This document shows, one piece after another, positions 55,270 to 62,954 of a stretch of 64,000 nt of DNA. The stretch is from an uncultured bacterium (GTDB lineage Bacteria > Bacteroidota > Ignavibacteria > Kapaibacteriales > UBA2268), in contig OW818654.1 of the NCBI GenBank assembly GCA_942492935.1, forward strand, positions 1,515,219 through 1,579,218, read 5' to 3'. Each line of letters starts with the position of its first letter. Position 1 is the stretch's first letter. The position numbers and the translations under genes are program-made. The notes beneath the pieces are model-generated. The model was not told the DNA's origin, searched no databases, and was given only the letters and a program-made list of their open reading frames with translations.

Positions 55270-58200
55270 TTAACAATCATTACAATCACAATCATCTGAA
55301 TTGCAGTCGCAATCACAATTTTTTCTTTTTCTATTTTCAGTAACCGGTGCATATTCAAATACAGTTTTTTTGTATTCTTCAACCATTGCCGGAATTTTCT
55401 TTTTATCACAATCAGTACATTCACCACTAATATTACTTTGTGGCATATATGGATCTACACTTGGTATATTTGGAGTAACTTGTGGAGCATAAGGAGTAAC
55501 ATCTGGTACATAAGGAGTTCCTTGTGGTACGTAAGGTGGTATAACATCTGCTGGTACGTAAGGAGTAACTTGCGGAACATAAGGTTCTACAGTAGGTACA
55601 TAAGGAGTAACTTGCGGAACATAAGGCTCTACATTTGGTACATACGGAGTTACTTGCGGAACATAAGGTTCTACAGTTGGTACATACGGAGTTACTTGCG
55701 GAACATAAGGTTCTACAGTAGGTACATAAGGAGTAACTTGCGGAACGTAAGGTTCTACAGTTGGTACATAAGGAGTAAAACCACTTTGAGCTACAAAACC
55801 GCTATTACTTTCTTTAATTATAATTACACAATTTGCAGTATCTACCTCGTAAGCTGTACCATTAATCACCACAAAATACTTGCTTGTACCTCCAACTTGT
55901 CTATATGCTTTAATTCGTGTAGTTGGCTGTTCATCATTCAATGTTACTTTGAATGGTGGCAATGTTGGCATTGCTCTGTTTTGTGTATCTGTCGGACTTG
56001 GCATTAACACATCTTGCGGAGGAGTGATGAACAAATTAGTATTTGGATTTGCTGGAGATTTAATTTCCGGCATAACTCTATTTGTATTGTCCGCAGGAAT
56101 AATATTAACAGTTGGAAATACGCTTGTAACGGGATTATTTACTGGACTTTGCATAATTTCATTGCCTACTGATTGAGTAAACAATGGATTAGTTGGAATA
56201 ATCGGCATTGTTGTTAAAGTTGCTTTCGCTGACTTTGGAACAAACCAATATTGACCATCAATAATTTCAATACAAGGAGGTAAATTATAATCTACACTAC
56301 CTGAATAGCCACTAAATCCACTTTGTACCAAATAACCGCTGTTACTTTTTACATCAAAATTATTAACATCCTTACTTGAATATCCTGATACATTTGTATT
56401 AGTGTTTGTATTAGTATTTGTATTTGTATTAGTATTTGTATTAGTATTTGTATTGGTGTTTGTATTAGTATTTGTATTGGTATTTGTATTGGTATTTGTA
56501 TTAACATCTTTATCAATACGAATATCTTTATTTACAGTAACCGTTGTATTTTCACTAACACAAGACCGTTTCATTGCATCATAAGTATATCCCGGAGGAC
56601 AGTAAATGATTTTCTTCTTAACTTCTTTTTCTAATTCAATTTTAAAACATTCTGCTTCTTCTGGACAGATATTTGGAGGAAGAATAAATATATCAGTTGA
56701 AGTACCTAAAGCATTTGCTTGACTTTTTAATGAATCATATAAAAATGGTTTAAATATTGAATTATTTGGAATATGCCCGAATACACTTTGAATTAATCCT
56801 GCGTGAATTTCTGCGTTACTACTGCCATCTTTCCATCCTAAATTTGTATCGTAAGCATTTTTATTCCCAAGTATAGCAATTGCAAATTTATCTATACTCG
56901 GCATCATTGGTAATATAGTTTGATTTGAGCCAGCAATAAATAAATCTCTTACAATTGGAATATCAGTAATAAATTGTTGGTCTGCAATTGCACTTACAAG
57001 AGTTTGAGAATCTAAACTTCTACCTATTTTATTAATCATTTGCATAGTTTTAGTATTTTCAACTAATTTCTGCACATATTTAAAACTTTTAGAATCAGTA
57101 TATTGTGATAAATCAATATTAATGGCATTACCAATATTGCTATAAGCATTTCTTATAGCTAATCCTAATTCTTCATTTATACCTAATTTCTCAAATTCTA
57201 CTACTGAACCTTTCCATATTTTATCTAATGCCACTTGTGCATCTTGAAGTATTGGACCAAATGTTGTTTTCAATGATTTACCAACACCATCAGCCCAAGT
57301 CATAATCCCACCTTTAATATTTTCTGGAATTATATAATCTGCTGTTTGAGCAAGTGTTGTAATTGCACTAAAGGCGTTTATTTCACCACCATTAGCATAA
57401 TTTTGTAAGTTTTGAGATATTCCTTTTAAAATAGCAGGGTCAAACGCATTAGCTAACCCGGGTATTCCGGGTAATATACTTGCTACAGTTGAAATAACAG
57501 TTGCTAACTCCCTTTTCCACTTGTCGCCATCTTGCTTGTTAATAACCCAAACGAAATTAAATGGTATTTTCTTTTTAAACTGATAGCCCATTGTAAATAG
57601 TTCTACTTGTTTAATCATACCCGGCAAATTTCCTCTTTGGCTCATAATCATATCTTTTAATGCTTGAGCTTTTCCTTTCTCCCAACCAATTGATACTGCT
57701 TTCATATATGGATTTCTTGTATTTCTATCATCCATAGACAATGCAAATGAACCTGAAGAGCTAAATGCTTCGTAACCACCAATACGGTCAGCCATTCTTT
57801 CTGCCCAACCGTTACCAGTACTGCTATCCCAATTTAATTCTACTAAACAAAAATCTGGACCAATTAAACCACTTTCTACTAAATATTTAGTTTGTGCATT
57901 TGGCTGTGATAATATGAAATGTAAATTTCCATAATTATCTTTAAATATTCCAAATCCCGTATGTGTTTCTGATGGTCTTTGGCTATTGAAAACAGCACCA
58001 CGAGGATCACCACCTGCATAACTATTGCTTGCTTTTGTTATATCAGCTAATACTCTTTTATTTTTTAATTGTGAATAATGCAATAAATTACCAGTAGATG
58101 GTACTTTAATTGTATATTCTTTACAATTCGGAATAGGCGGACAAGGTATTGGCTCTTTCGCTGGTGGAGGTGGAGGAGGAGTTTCAACTACATCAGTTGT

Positions 58201-59004
58201 GCCACTATAACCACTATAAACATTTATTCCACTATAGCCACTACTGCCCGATTTGCCAACATTAATTTCATCTTTTACAATTTCACTTTCAGTAATTTTT
58301 GCTTGAAAACAATCACGACCTTTGTAAGGTTTGTATGTTCCTGAACAATTTTGCTTTTCAATATGTGAAAATAATATGCCTGTTGTTCTTTGATAGCAAT
58401 GTGAGATTGGATATTCATAAACTGCAATACCATCTTGAGTAGTATCGCCATCACCAGACAAGCCCGTAGTACCAACTTTTACATTACCTTCAACTGTAAT
58501 AAATCTTGCATCATCAACATAAATCACTATTCCCATATGTCCCGAATTGTTTGAACTTGTAGAATAACGATAAAATATTGACCCAACAGCTGGGTAGTAA
58601 TCTGTTTGATAAACTGATTGTAATTTTTTAATGGTATCGAATGCGTTACCTGATAAGTTTCTTGGGAATTTATCAATTGATTGGCAACCTATTAATTTTG
58701 TTGCTTCTCTAATTACATAAGCTGGAAAATAAACACACCACGCTTCGCCTTTAGCTTTTTCACTTGGGGTTAAGCCCTTATAATCTCTAATAAATGTTTC
58801 TACACAACTATTTGGCTCTGTAAAATTTCCATTTCCGTCATATTTTTCATAACATTGTGCTTCCGCCCACCAACGAGCTACGCAAACTATTTGATTACCA
58901 ATTTCTGACTGTGTTTTCTTGGTAAAAAAATACTTGCTCAATAGTGTATTATCTACAAGAGCAATGCTTTTAGCTAAATTACTTGGGTAAGCTGAATAAG
59001 CCAT
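55270..59004 (-). CDS. Giant multidomain protein (1244 aa) with N-terminal CHAP peptidase domain, poly-Pro linker, large central domain, (TN)~20 and 14-aa PYVPxVxPYVPQVT repeats, and a Cys-rich tail
   Basis: CHAP Cys context …GEAWCVYFPAYVIREATK…. CHAP His context …NSGHMGIVIYVDDARFITVEGNVKV…. PPPPPPAKEPIPCPPIP. NTNTNT… x20. Five to six PYVP repeats. C-terminal CDCDCNSDDCDCNDC. Confidence 0.7.
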   Translation of the reverse strand: MAYSAYPSNLAKSIALVDNTLLSKYFFTKKTQSEIGNQIVCVARWWAEAQCYEKYDGNGNFTEPNSCVETFIRDYKGLTPSEKAKGEAWCVYFPAYVIREATKLIGCQSIDKFPRNLSGNAFDTIKKLQSVYQTDYYPAVGSIFYRYSTSSNNSGHMGIVIYVDDARFITVEGNVKVGTTGLSGDGDTTQDGIAVYEYPISHCYQRTTGILFSHIEKQNCSGTYKPYKGRDCFQAKITESEIVKDEINVGKSGSSGYSGINVYSGYSGTTDVVETPPPPPPAKEPIPCPPIPNCKEYTIKVPSTGNLLHYSQLKNKRVLADITKASNSYAGGDPRGAVFNSQRPSETHTGFGIFKDNYGNLHFILSQPNAQTKYLVESGLIGPDFCLVELNWDSSTGNGWAERMADRIGGYEAFSSSGSFALSMDDRNTRNPYMKAVSIGWEKGKAQALKDMIMSQRGNLPGMIKQVELFTMGYQFKKKIPFNFVWVINKQDGDKWKRELATVISTVASILPGIPGLANAFDPAILKGISQNLQNYANGGEINAFSAITTLAQTADYIIPENIKGGIMTWADGVGKSLKTTFGPILQDAQVALDKIWKGSVVEFEKLGINEELGLAIRNAYSNIGNAINIDLSQYTDSKSFKYVQKLVENTKTMQMINKIGRSLDSQTLVSAIADQQFITDIPIVRDLFIAGSNQTILPMMPSIDKFAIAILGNKNAYDTNLGWKDGSSNAEIHAGLIQSVFGHIPNNSIFKPFLYDSLKSQANALGTSTDIFILPPNICPEEAECFKIELEKEVKKKIIYCPPGYTYDAMKRSCVSENTTVTVNKDIRIDKDVNTNTNTNTNTNTNTNTNTNTNTNTNTNTNTNTNTNTNVSGYSSKDVNNFDVKSNSGYLVQSGFSGYSGSVDYNLPPCIEIIDGQYWFVPKSAKATLTTMPIIPTNPLFTQSVGNEIMQSPVNNPVTSVFPTVNIIPADNTNRVMPEIKSPANPNTNLFITPPQDVLMPSPTDTQNRAMPTLPPFKVTLNDEQPTTRIKAYRQVGGTSKYFVVINGTAYEVDTANCVIIIKESNSGFVAQSGFTPYVPTVEPYVPQVTPYVPTVEPYVPQVTPYVPTVEPYVPQVTPYVPNVEPYVPQVTPYVPTVEPYVPQVTPYVPADVIPPYVPQGTPYVPDVTPYAPQVTPNIPSVDPYMPQSNISGECTDCDKKKIPAMVEEYKKTVFEYAPVTENRKRKNCDCDCNSDDCDCNDC
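55440..55800. repeat. 42-bp tandem repeat, about 6-8 units (encodes the PYVPxVEPYVPQVT repeats)
   Basis: ggttctacagt(a/t)ggtacata(a/c)ggagt(a/t)acttgcggaac(a/g)taa units. Confidence 0.8.
56395..56520. repeat. Hexanucleotide (TN-dipeptide) tandem repeat, about 20 units
   Basis: (gtattagtatttgtattggtatttg…), period 6. It encodes (NT)n in the 1244-aa protein. Confidence 0.85.
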
Positions 59005-59378
59005 TAATAAAATTCCTTATAAGTTGAAATTTTTTCATTGTGGGCTTTTTTGTCCGAACTACGTAAAATTCTTGTAGGAACAGATGGATTAAATCCCGTT
59101 CTGTCTGCCCAAACTAATAAATCTTCTGGATCGCTACCTACATTTTTAATTACAGGATATGGAACACCAACTTTCTTCTCAACAGGTACGTGAACAATTT
59201 GTGTTTCTTTGTTCTGACCTTGATTTTCAACCGAATTTTCATAATTAGAATGTAAAATATCGTTACCAATATTGATTACATTATAATTCCCTGAATTTTT
59301 ATCATTACAATTTTTGCAAGGTGGTTTTTTCGTGCCACACCCGCAATCCTCTAATGTATCTACCTGTAAATTTGCCAT
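59004..59378 (-). CDS. Small Cys-rich protein ending in …TYKEFY
   Basis: N-terminal …DCGCGTKKPPCKNCNDKN. The C-terminal STYKEFY is shared with the SLT protein (…ATYKEFY). Confidence 0.45.
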   Translation of the reverse strand: MANLQVDTLEDCGCGTKKPPCKNCNDKNSGNYNVINIGNDILHSNYENSVENQGQNKETQIVHVPVEKKVGVPYPVIKNVGSDPEDLLVWADRTGFNPSVPTRILRSSDKKAHNEKISTYKEFY

Positions 59379-59445
59379 TTTATTTATACCTTTTTTCTCT
59401 AATTACTTTTAATTCCTGACCACCAAAACCCTGTGCTTTTTTAGA
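59378..59445. repeat. 68-bp direct repeat, copy 1; copy 2 is at 59811-59880
   Basis: gccattttatttatacctttttttctctaattacttttaattcctgaccaccaaaaccctgtgctttt. Copy 2 spans the last 19 codons of the transglutaminase-like gene plus the start codon of the next gene. Confidence 0.85.
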
Positions 59446-59604
59446 TTTTAGATTTACAATATTCATTTAATTGTTCACCAAGCGTAATTAAACCAACACC
59501 AATAATTCCGTTTAATTCTACAATTATATCAATCAAATCAGTAATTGTTAATCCTTTTTCTAAAATAAGTTTCTTTAATTCTTCTTTGTCCATTTTGGTA
59601 TAAT

Positions 59605-59814
59605 TTAATAAGTAAAACCAATTTCTACAATTCTGTCCGTTTTTGTGGTATGGTAATCGTTAGAATCATCATCAGCGTAATAGTGGAATCCTCTAACCTT
59701 GCCACCACCATCAAACTTGTAAACTTTACGTTTGCCTACAAATCTAAACCACTCACCTCTTTTCAGTTTAGAAAATCTACTTTCTTGCAGTTCGACTGCG
59801 AATTTTTTTGCCAT
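59605..59814 (-). CDS. Hypothetical small protein
   Basis: 69 aa. Its start codon lies inside copy 2 of the 68-bp repeat. Confidence 0.4.
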   Translation of the reverse strand: MAKKFAVELQESRFSKLKRGEWFRFVGKRKVYKFDGGGKVRGFHYYADDDSNDYHTTKTDRIVEIGFTY

Positions 59815-59815
59815 T

Positions 59816-60319
59816 TTATTTATACCTTTTTTCTCTAATTACTTTTAATTCCTGACCACCAAAACCCTGTGCTTTTCTCGTTGCATCAAGTACAATCCAT
59901 TTTCCACTTTCAAATTCTGCTTCACATACAACGTGAGTGTAACTGTGTTTTCGCCACGCAATAGTTTTGATTAAACAATTAATTCCATTAGCTTTCAGAA
60001 GTGAGCAAATCAATGTAACCATCTCATCGCAATCCATATATTGAGTTTGTACACCCGATAATATATGAACAGGTGCGGTTAAATGTTCAATTCCTTGAGG
60101 ATCAGCTTTATATGGAAAATTTTGCCAAACATAATCATAAACCGATTTAATAGTGTCGAATTTATTACCTTTTTTCAAACTTTGTGCTAATTGCTTCACA
60201 ATCGGAGCAGAATAATCTCTATTAATCAATTTCCATATTTTCGCAACAATTTTATCAGTAATTTCATCTTGTGAACCTGTTAAAATATCCGTTGTTTTCT
60301 GTGGTGATGTTTGAGACAT
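59816..60319 (-). CDS. Transglutaminase-like cysteine peptidase domain protein
   Basis: …YMDCDEMVTLICSLLKANGINCLIKTIAWRKHSYTHVVCEAEFESGKWIVLDAT gives a Cys…His…Asp spacing and context typical of the transglutaminase-like core. Confidence 0.55.
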   Translation of the reverse strand: MSQTSPQKTTDILTGSQDEITDKIVAKIWKLINRDYSAPIVKQLAQSLKKGNKFDTIKSVYDYVWQNFPYKADPQGIEHLTAPVHILSGVQTQYMDCDEMVTLICSLLKANGINCLIKTIAWRKHSYTHVVCEAEFESGKWIVLDATRKAQGFGGQELKVIREKRYK

Positions 60320-60323
60320 TCAA

Positions 60324-61004
60324 TTAATCCGTTAATTTCTTAGATACATTTCTTAATGCTGGTCCAAAATAGAATAATCCACCCAAAACAACAGCACCAC
60401 CCAAAACCCAACCAATATTATTAAAACCCCAGCCAAGAGCATTAGTTATATCCCAATTTTTATAACTGTCTGCATCGGGAGGCGTATCTCTCATTTCAAC
60501 ATTAGCTTTAGCATTTCGAGGATTTATTATTTCATTTGTTGGAATTGTGCCGTCATCAGTCGCCCAAGCAAGATGATCCAAAATTATTCTAACTTGATTA
60601 TCTTTATATGTAGAAATTTGAGCAACTTTTTTTATCATATTCCAAATAGCTTTATCGCCATTTTTGGCAAGCCACGAATGATATACAGGCATTGATGAAT
60701 CTTTTTGTTGAAGATTGACATAAGCATTAATAACTTTTTGTACTGCTTCTAATCGTTGTTCACGAGGACTAACAGGAGACCAAAATACAATTTTATCTAC
60801 CCAACTAAGTGAGTTCCATTCTACCCTTGCCCATACAGTACAAATAGCTTTATCATAAGTGGTAATAGTCGCATAAGCAACACCACATTCTAATTCAGCT
60901 TTAAATGGATAATCAGCTAAACCATTGAAAGGAGCATTTTCAAACTGCCTTGCAAAGATCGCTAAATTTTGGTTTTCTTGACCGTTCATTTCTTGGTAAT
61001 TCAA
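60324..61004 (-). CDS. Hypothetical protein with C-terminal TM helix
   Basis: …IGWVLGGAVVLGGLFYFGPAL is hydrophobic. Confidence 0.4.
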   Translation of the reverse strand: MNYQEMNGQENQNLAIFARQFENAPFNGLADYPFKAELECGVAYATITTYDKAICTVWARVEWNSLSWVDKIVFWSPVSPREQRLEAVQKVINAYVNLQQKDSSMPVYHSWLAKNGDKAIWNMIKKVAQISTYKDNQVRIILDHLAWATDDGTIPTNEIINPRNAKANVEMRDTPPDADSYKNWDITNALGWGFNNIGWVLGGAVVLGGLFYFGPALRNVSKKLTD

Positions 61005-61104
61005 GCCCGTAATCCTTCAACTGTTTACGCAATTCCCTTTCGTGATTTTTCTCACTTTTGGCAATTGCATCATATTTTTTAACTTTACTCACACTTATAA
61101 GTAG

Positions 61105-61440
61105 TTAGAAAATATTTGTTGAATAGTCGTAATCTTGTAACTCTTCTGGAATGAATGACTTAGAATTTTTTTCTGTGTGAATTTTTGTGAATTTATTCCT
61201 AAACTGTCTAAGATTGGAATAAAATTTGTCGGGAGAATTAAGAATGAAACCGCAGTTAGCTTTTTTCTTTTTGCACTTATGATAAAATTGAAAACAAGCG
61301 TCTTTCAGAGACAGATATTTGCCGTCATTAATCCACTCATCAATAATGGCTACAGTAGTTATTTTTAATCGAAAAGTAACAGGATTCTCTGACTTCATTG
61401 TAAAAACCGTTGCAATTCCGTTGCAAAAAAGTAATTGCAA
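61105..61440 (-). CDS. Hypothetical protein, the first gene of the long leftward block
   Basis: 111-aa ORF. No ORF lies upstream for about 1.5 kb. Confidence 0.35.
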   Translation of the reverse strand: MQLLFCNGIATVFTMKSENPVTFRLKITTVAIIDEWINDGKYLSLKDACFQFYHKCKKKKANCGFILNSPDKFYSNLRQFRNKFTKIHTEKNSKSFIPEELQDYDYSTNIF

Positions 61441-61462
61441 AACTACAACGAAAAAACAAAAA

Positions 61463-61494
61463 AAGCAAGTAGAATTTTCAACTACTTGCTTTTT
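61463..61494. terminator. Hairpin with A-run and T-run flanks (bidirectional terminator-like) at the edge of a 1.5-kb non-coding tract
   Basis: AAGCAAGTAGaattttcaaCTACTTGCTT followed by TTTT. Confidence 0.5.
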
Positions 61495-62158
61495 AATGAC
61501 TTACAATTTTTATTTTTTATTTTTTAATGCCGTTTTTTGTACTTTACGAGTAATATTCACTACAGTAATTATGTTTCAAAATAAATTGTGTAATTCGTAA
61601 CTACCCAGTCCCTAAATGAAAAAATTACGTGCTATTTACGGCTAACTATTTTATAAATCATCCAATGTTTTGAAAAAATAGGATATTTGACTACAAGATT
61701 TGATTAGAAAGATGTATTCTTATAATTGAATTTTTATTATGAAAAATCCTTGAACATCCCAGCGGGATTGAATAGTTCAAATACATATTCATCACCTACG
61801 GTGTTGCAGGAGGCGATGGGAGATTCTTCAGTTAAAAACATTAATTCCCTACGGGAATTTCAAGGAATTTTTAAAAAATAACAAAAATTCTAAATGATCT
61901 ATAAGCGACTGAGTGGTTACAATTTATTTTGTTAAAAATTATAAAAATTTAAAATATTCCTTGAAAATCCCATAGCGTTTAAATTACTTTTAAATAATTT
62001 CAGGAAAAGGTAACTCGTAGGGACAAGTCGCGACCTGTCTTAACAAAAGACCTGTCTCTACATAAGACCAATCCTGCATTTTATTATTTTTACAAAAATC
62101 CAAGTTGGGTATTCATGGAATTTTTTTTATTTTTTTCAGAAATTTAGTATTATTAGTT

Positions 62159-62254
62159 ATTTAACAGTCTGTTGCTCAAGTAATATAGAAATGCTCTTGT
62201 TCGTGGCTAAAGCCACGAGTTGATTACTGAATCTGAAACACGTGGCTTTAACCA
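62159..62254. other. Candidate attR (longer version of the 21474-21557 sequence; two internal hairpins; 21-bp identical core at 62233-62253)
   Basis: tttaaCagtctgttg…CGTGGCtaaaGCCACG…CACGTGGctttaaCCACGTG…ATGATTAAATTTATACTTTAT. It is bracketed by AACAGTCTGTT at 62163 and AACAGACTGTT at 62287. Confidence 0.55.
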
Positions 62255-62954
62255 CGTGAATTATGATTAAATTTATACTTTATAAACAGACTGTTTACGA
62301 GCAAATGCTTAATAAATTAAATCTTCATAGTAGTTTCATTTTAAGTTTTATACTTAAAAAGTATAGTTGCACTCTAATTTGTTGATAAATTGCAATACAT
62401 AATTTATATTATAAAAAATTACATAATATTTGAATTGATTATGTTAAAATTTTAAATAACATCTTTATATATTAATCAAAAATATTTTTTGAGGTGAAAT
62501 ATTTTTCTTGGATATTTCATTGAAAATTGAAATTGTTGATTGTAAGCAAGTTTCAAAAATAACAATTTCCAAAATGCTGATTGAATGGGCATTTTGAGGT
62601 ATGAATGAAGAGATATTTTTACTAATAGTGATAACTTATTGAATTTAAAACAAGTAATCAATTGTTAAAAAAAAGTTAAAAAATGATTAACTTATAAGTC
62701 TTTGTATAACTAATACTTAAAATATCCAAAAGAAAAAAGTTCAAAAAAAAAATTAAATTTGTTGTATTATTTGAAAAAAAATTGGAAATTTAAATAAGGA
62801 AAAAAATGAAATTTTAAAAAAGTTATTTGATTGATTTCATTTTTTACAATGATGAGAGAGATGATTATTGCCCAAATTTATTTTGGGTAATAGAATTTTC
62901 GGGGAAAATATTTTAATAAAGGAAGAGAAAGTGAATTATACTAACAGTATTACA

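Larger units (their letters stand above)
21474..62254. mobile_element. ~40.8-kb integrated prophage-like element
   Basis: A tyrosine integrase sits at the left end. Flanking direct repeats share a 21-bp core. A repressor/Xis divergent switch is followed by compact co-directional blocks of small SD-driven genes. Lysis-type enzymes include SLT, CHAP and a holin-like protein. Collagen-like fibre proteins are present. No terminase, portal or recognisable major capsid gene is present, so the assignment to tailed phage is doubtful. Confidence 0.6.

Noticed and set aside
55301-56584. Plus-strand ORFs inside the 1244-aa gene (55438-56007, 55880-56176, 56402-56584)
   Set aside because: They are generated by the 42-bp and 6-bp tandem repeats (YIRSNLRNIRF… and VFVLVFVL… peptides). 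They are not independent genes.
61177-61600. Plus-strand ORFs 61177-61368 and 61319-61600
   Set aside because: They overlap the minus-strand gene and the non-coding leader, they are of low complexity, and a terminator hairpin sits inside.
15325-61769. The 25-bp perfect inverted repeat pair (15325-15349 / 61745-61769) as terminal inverted repeats of a 46-kb transposon
   Set aside because: Variants of the same motif occur twice more near 61.8-62.0 kb, and the left copy sits in a generic REP cluster outside the att-defined element. A dispersed short-repeat family is more likely than transposon ends.
21474-62254. Large terminase, portal and HK97-like capsid genes
   Set aside because: I screened all ORFs above 250 aa in the element for Walker-A/nuclease terminase layouts or portal-sized proteins. 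None is present, and this absence is reported above as a finding rather than forced onto a hypothetical ORF.
62159-62300. tRNA or tmRNA as integration target at attR/attL
   Set aside because: I looked for cloverleaf, T-loop (GTTCRA) and CCA features around both junctions and found none. The target looks like a hairpin-rich non-tRNA element.
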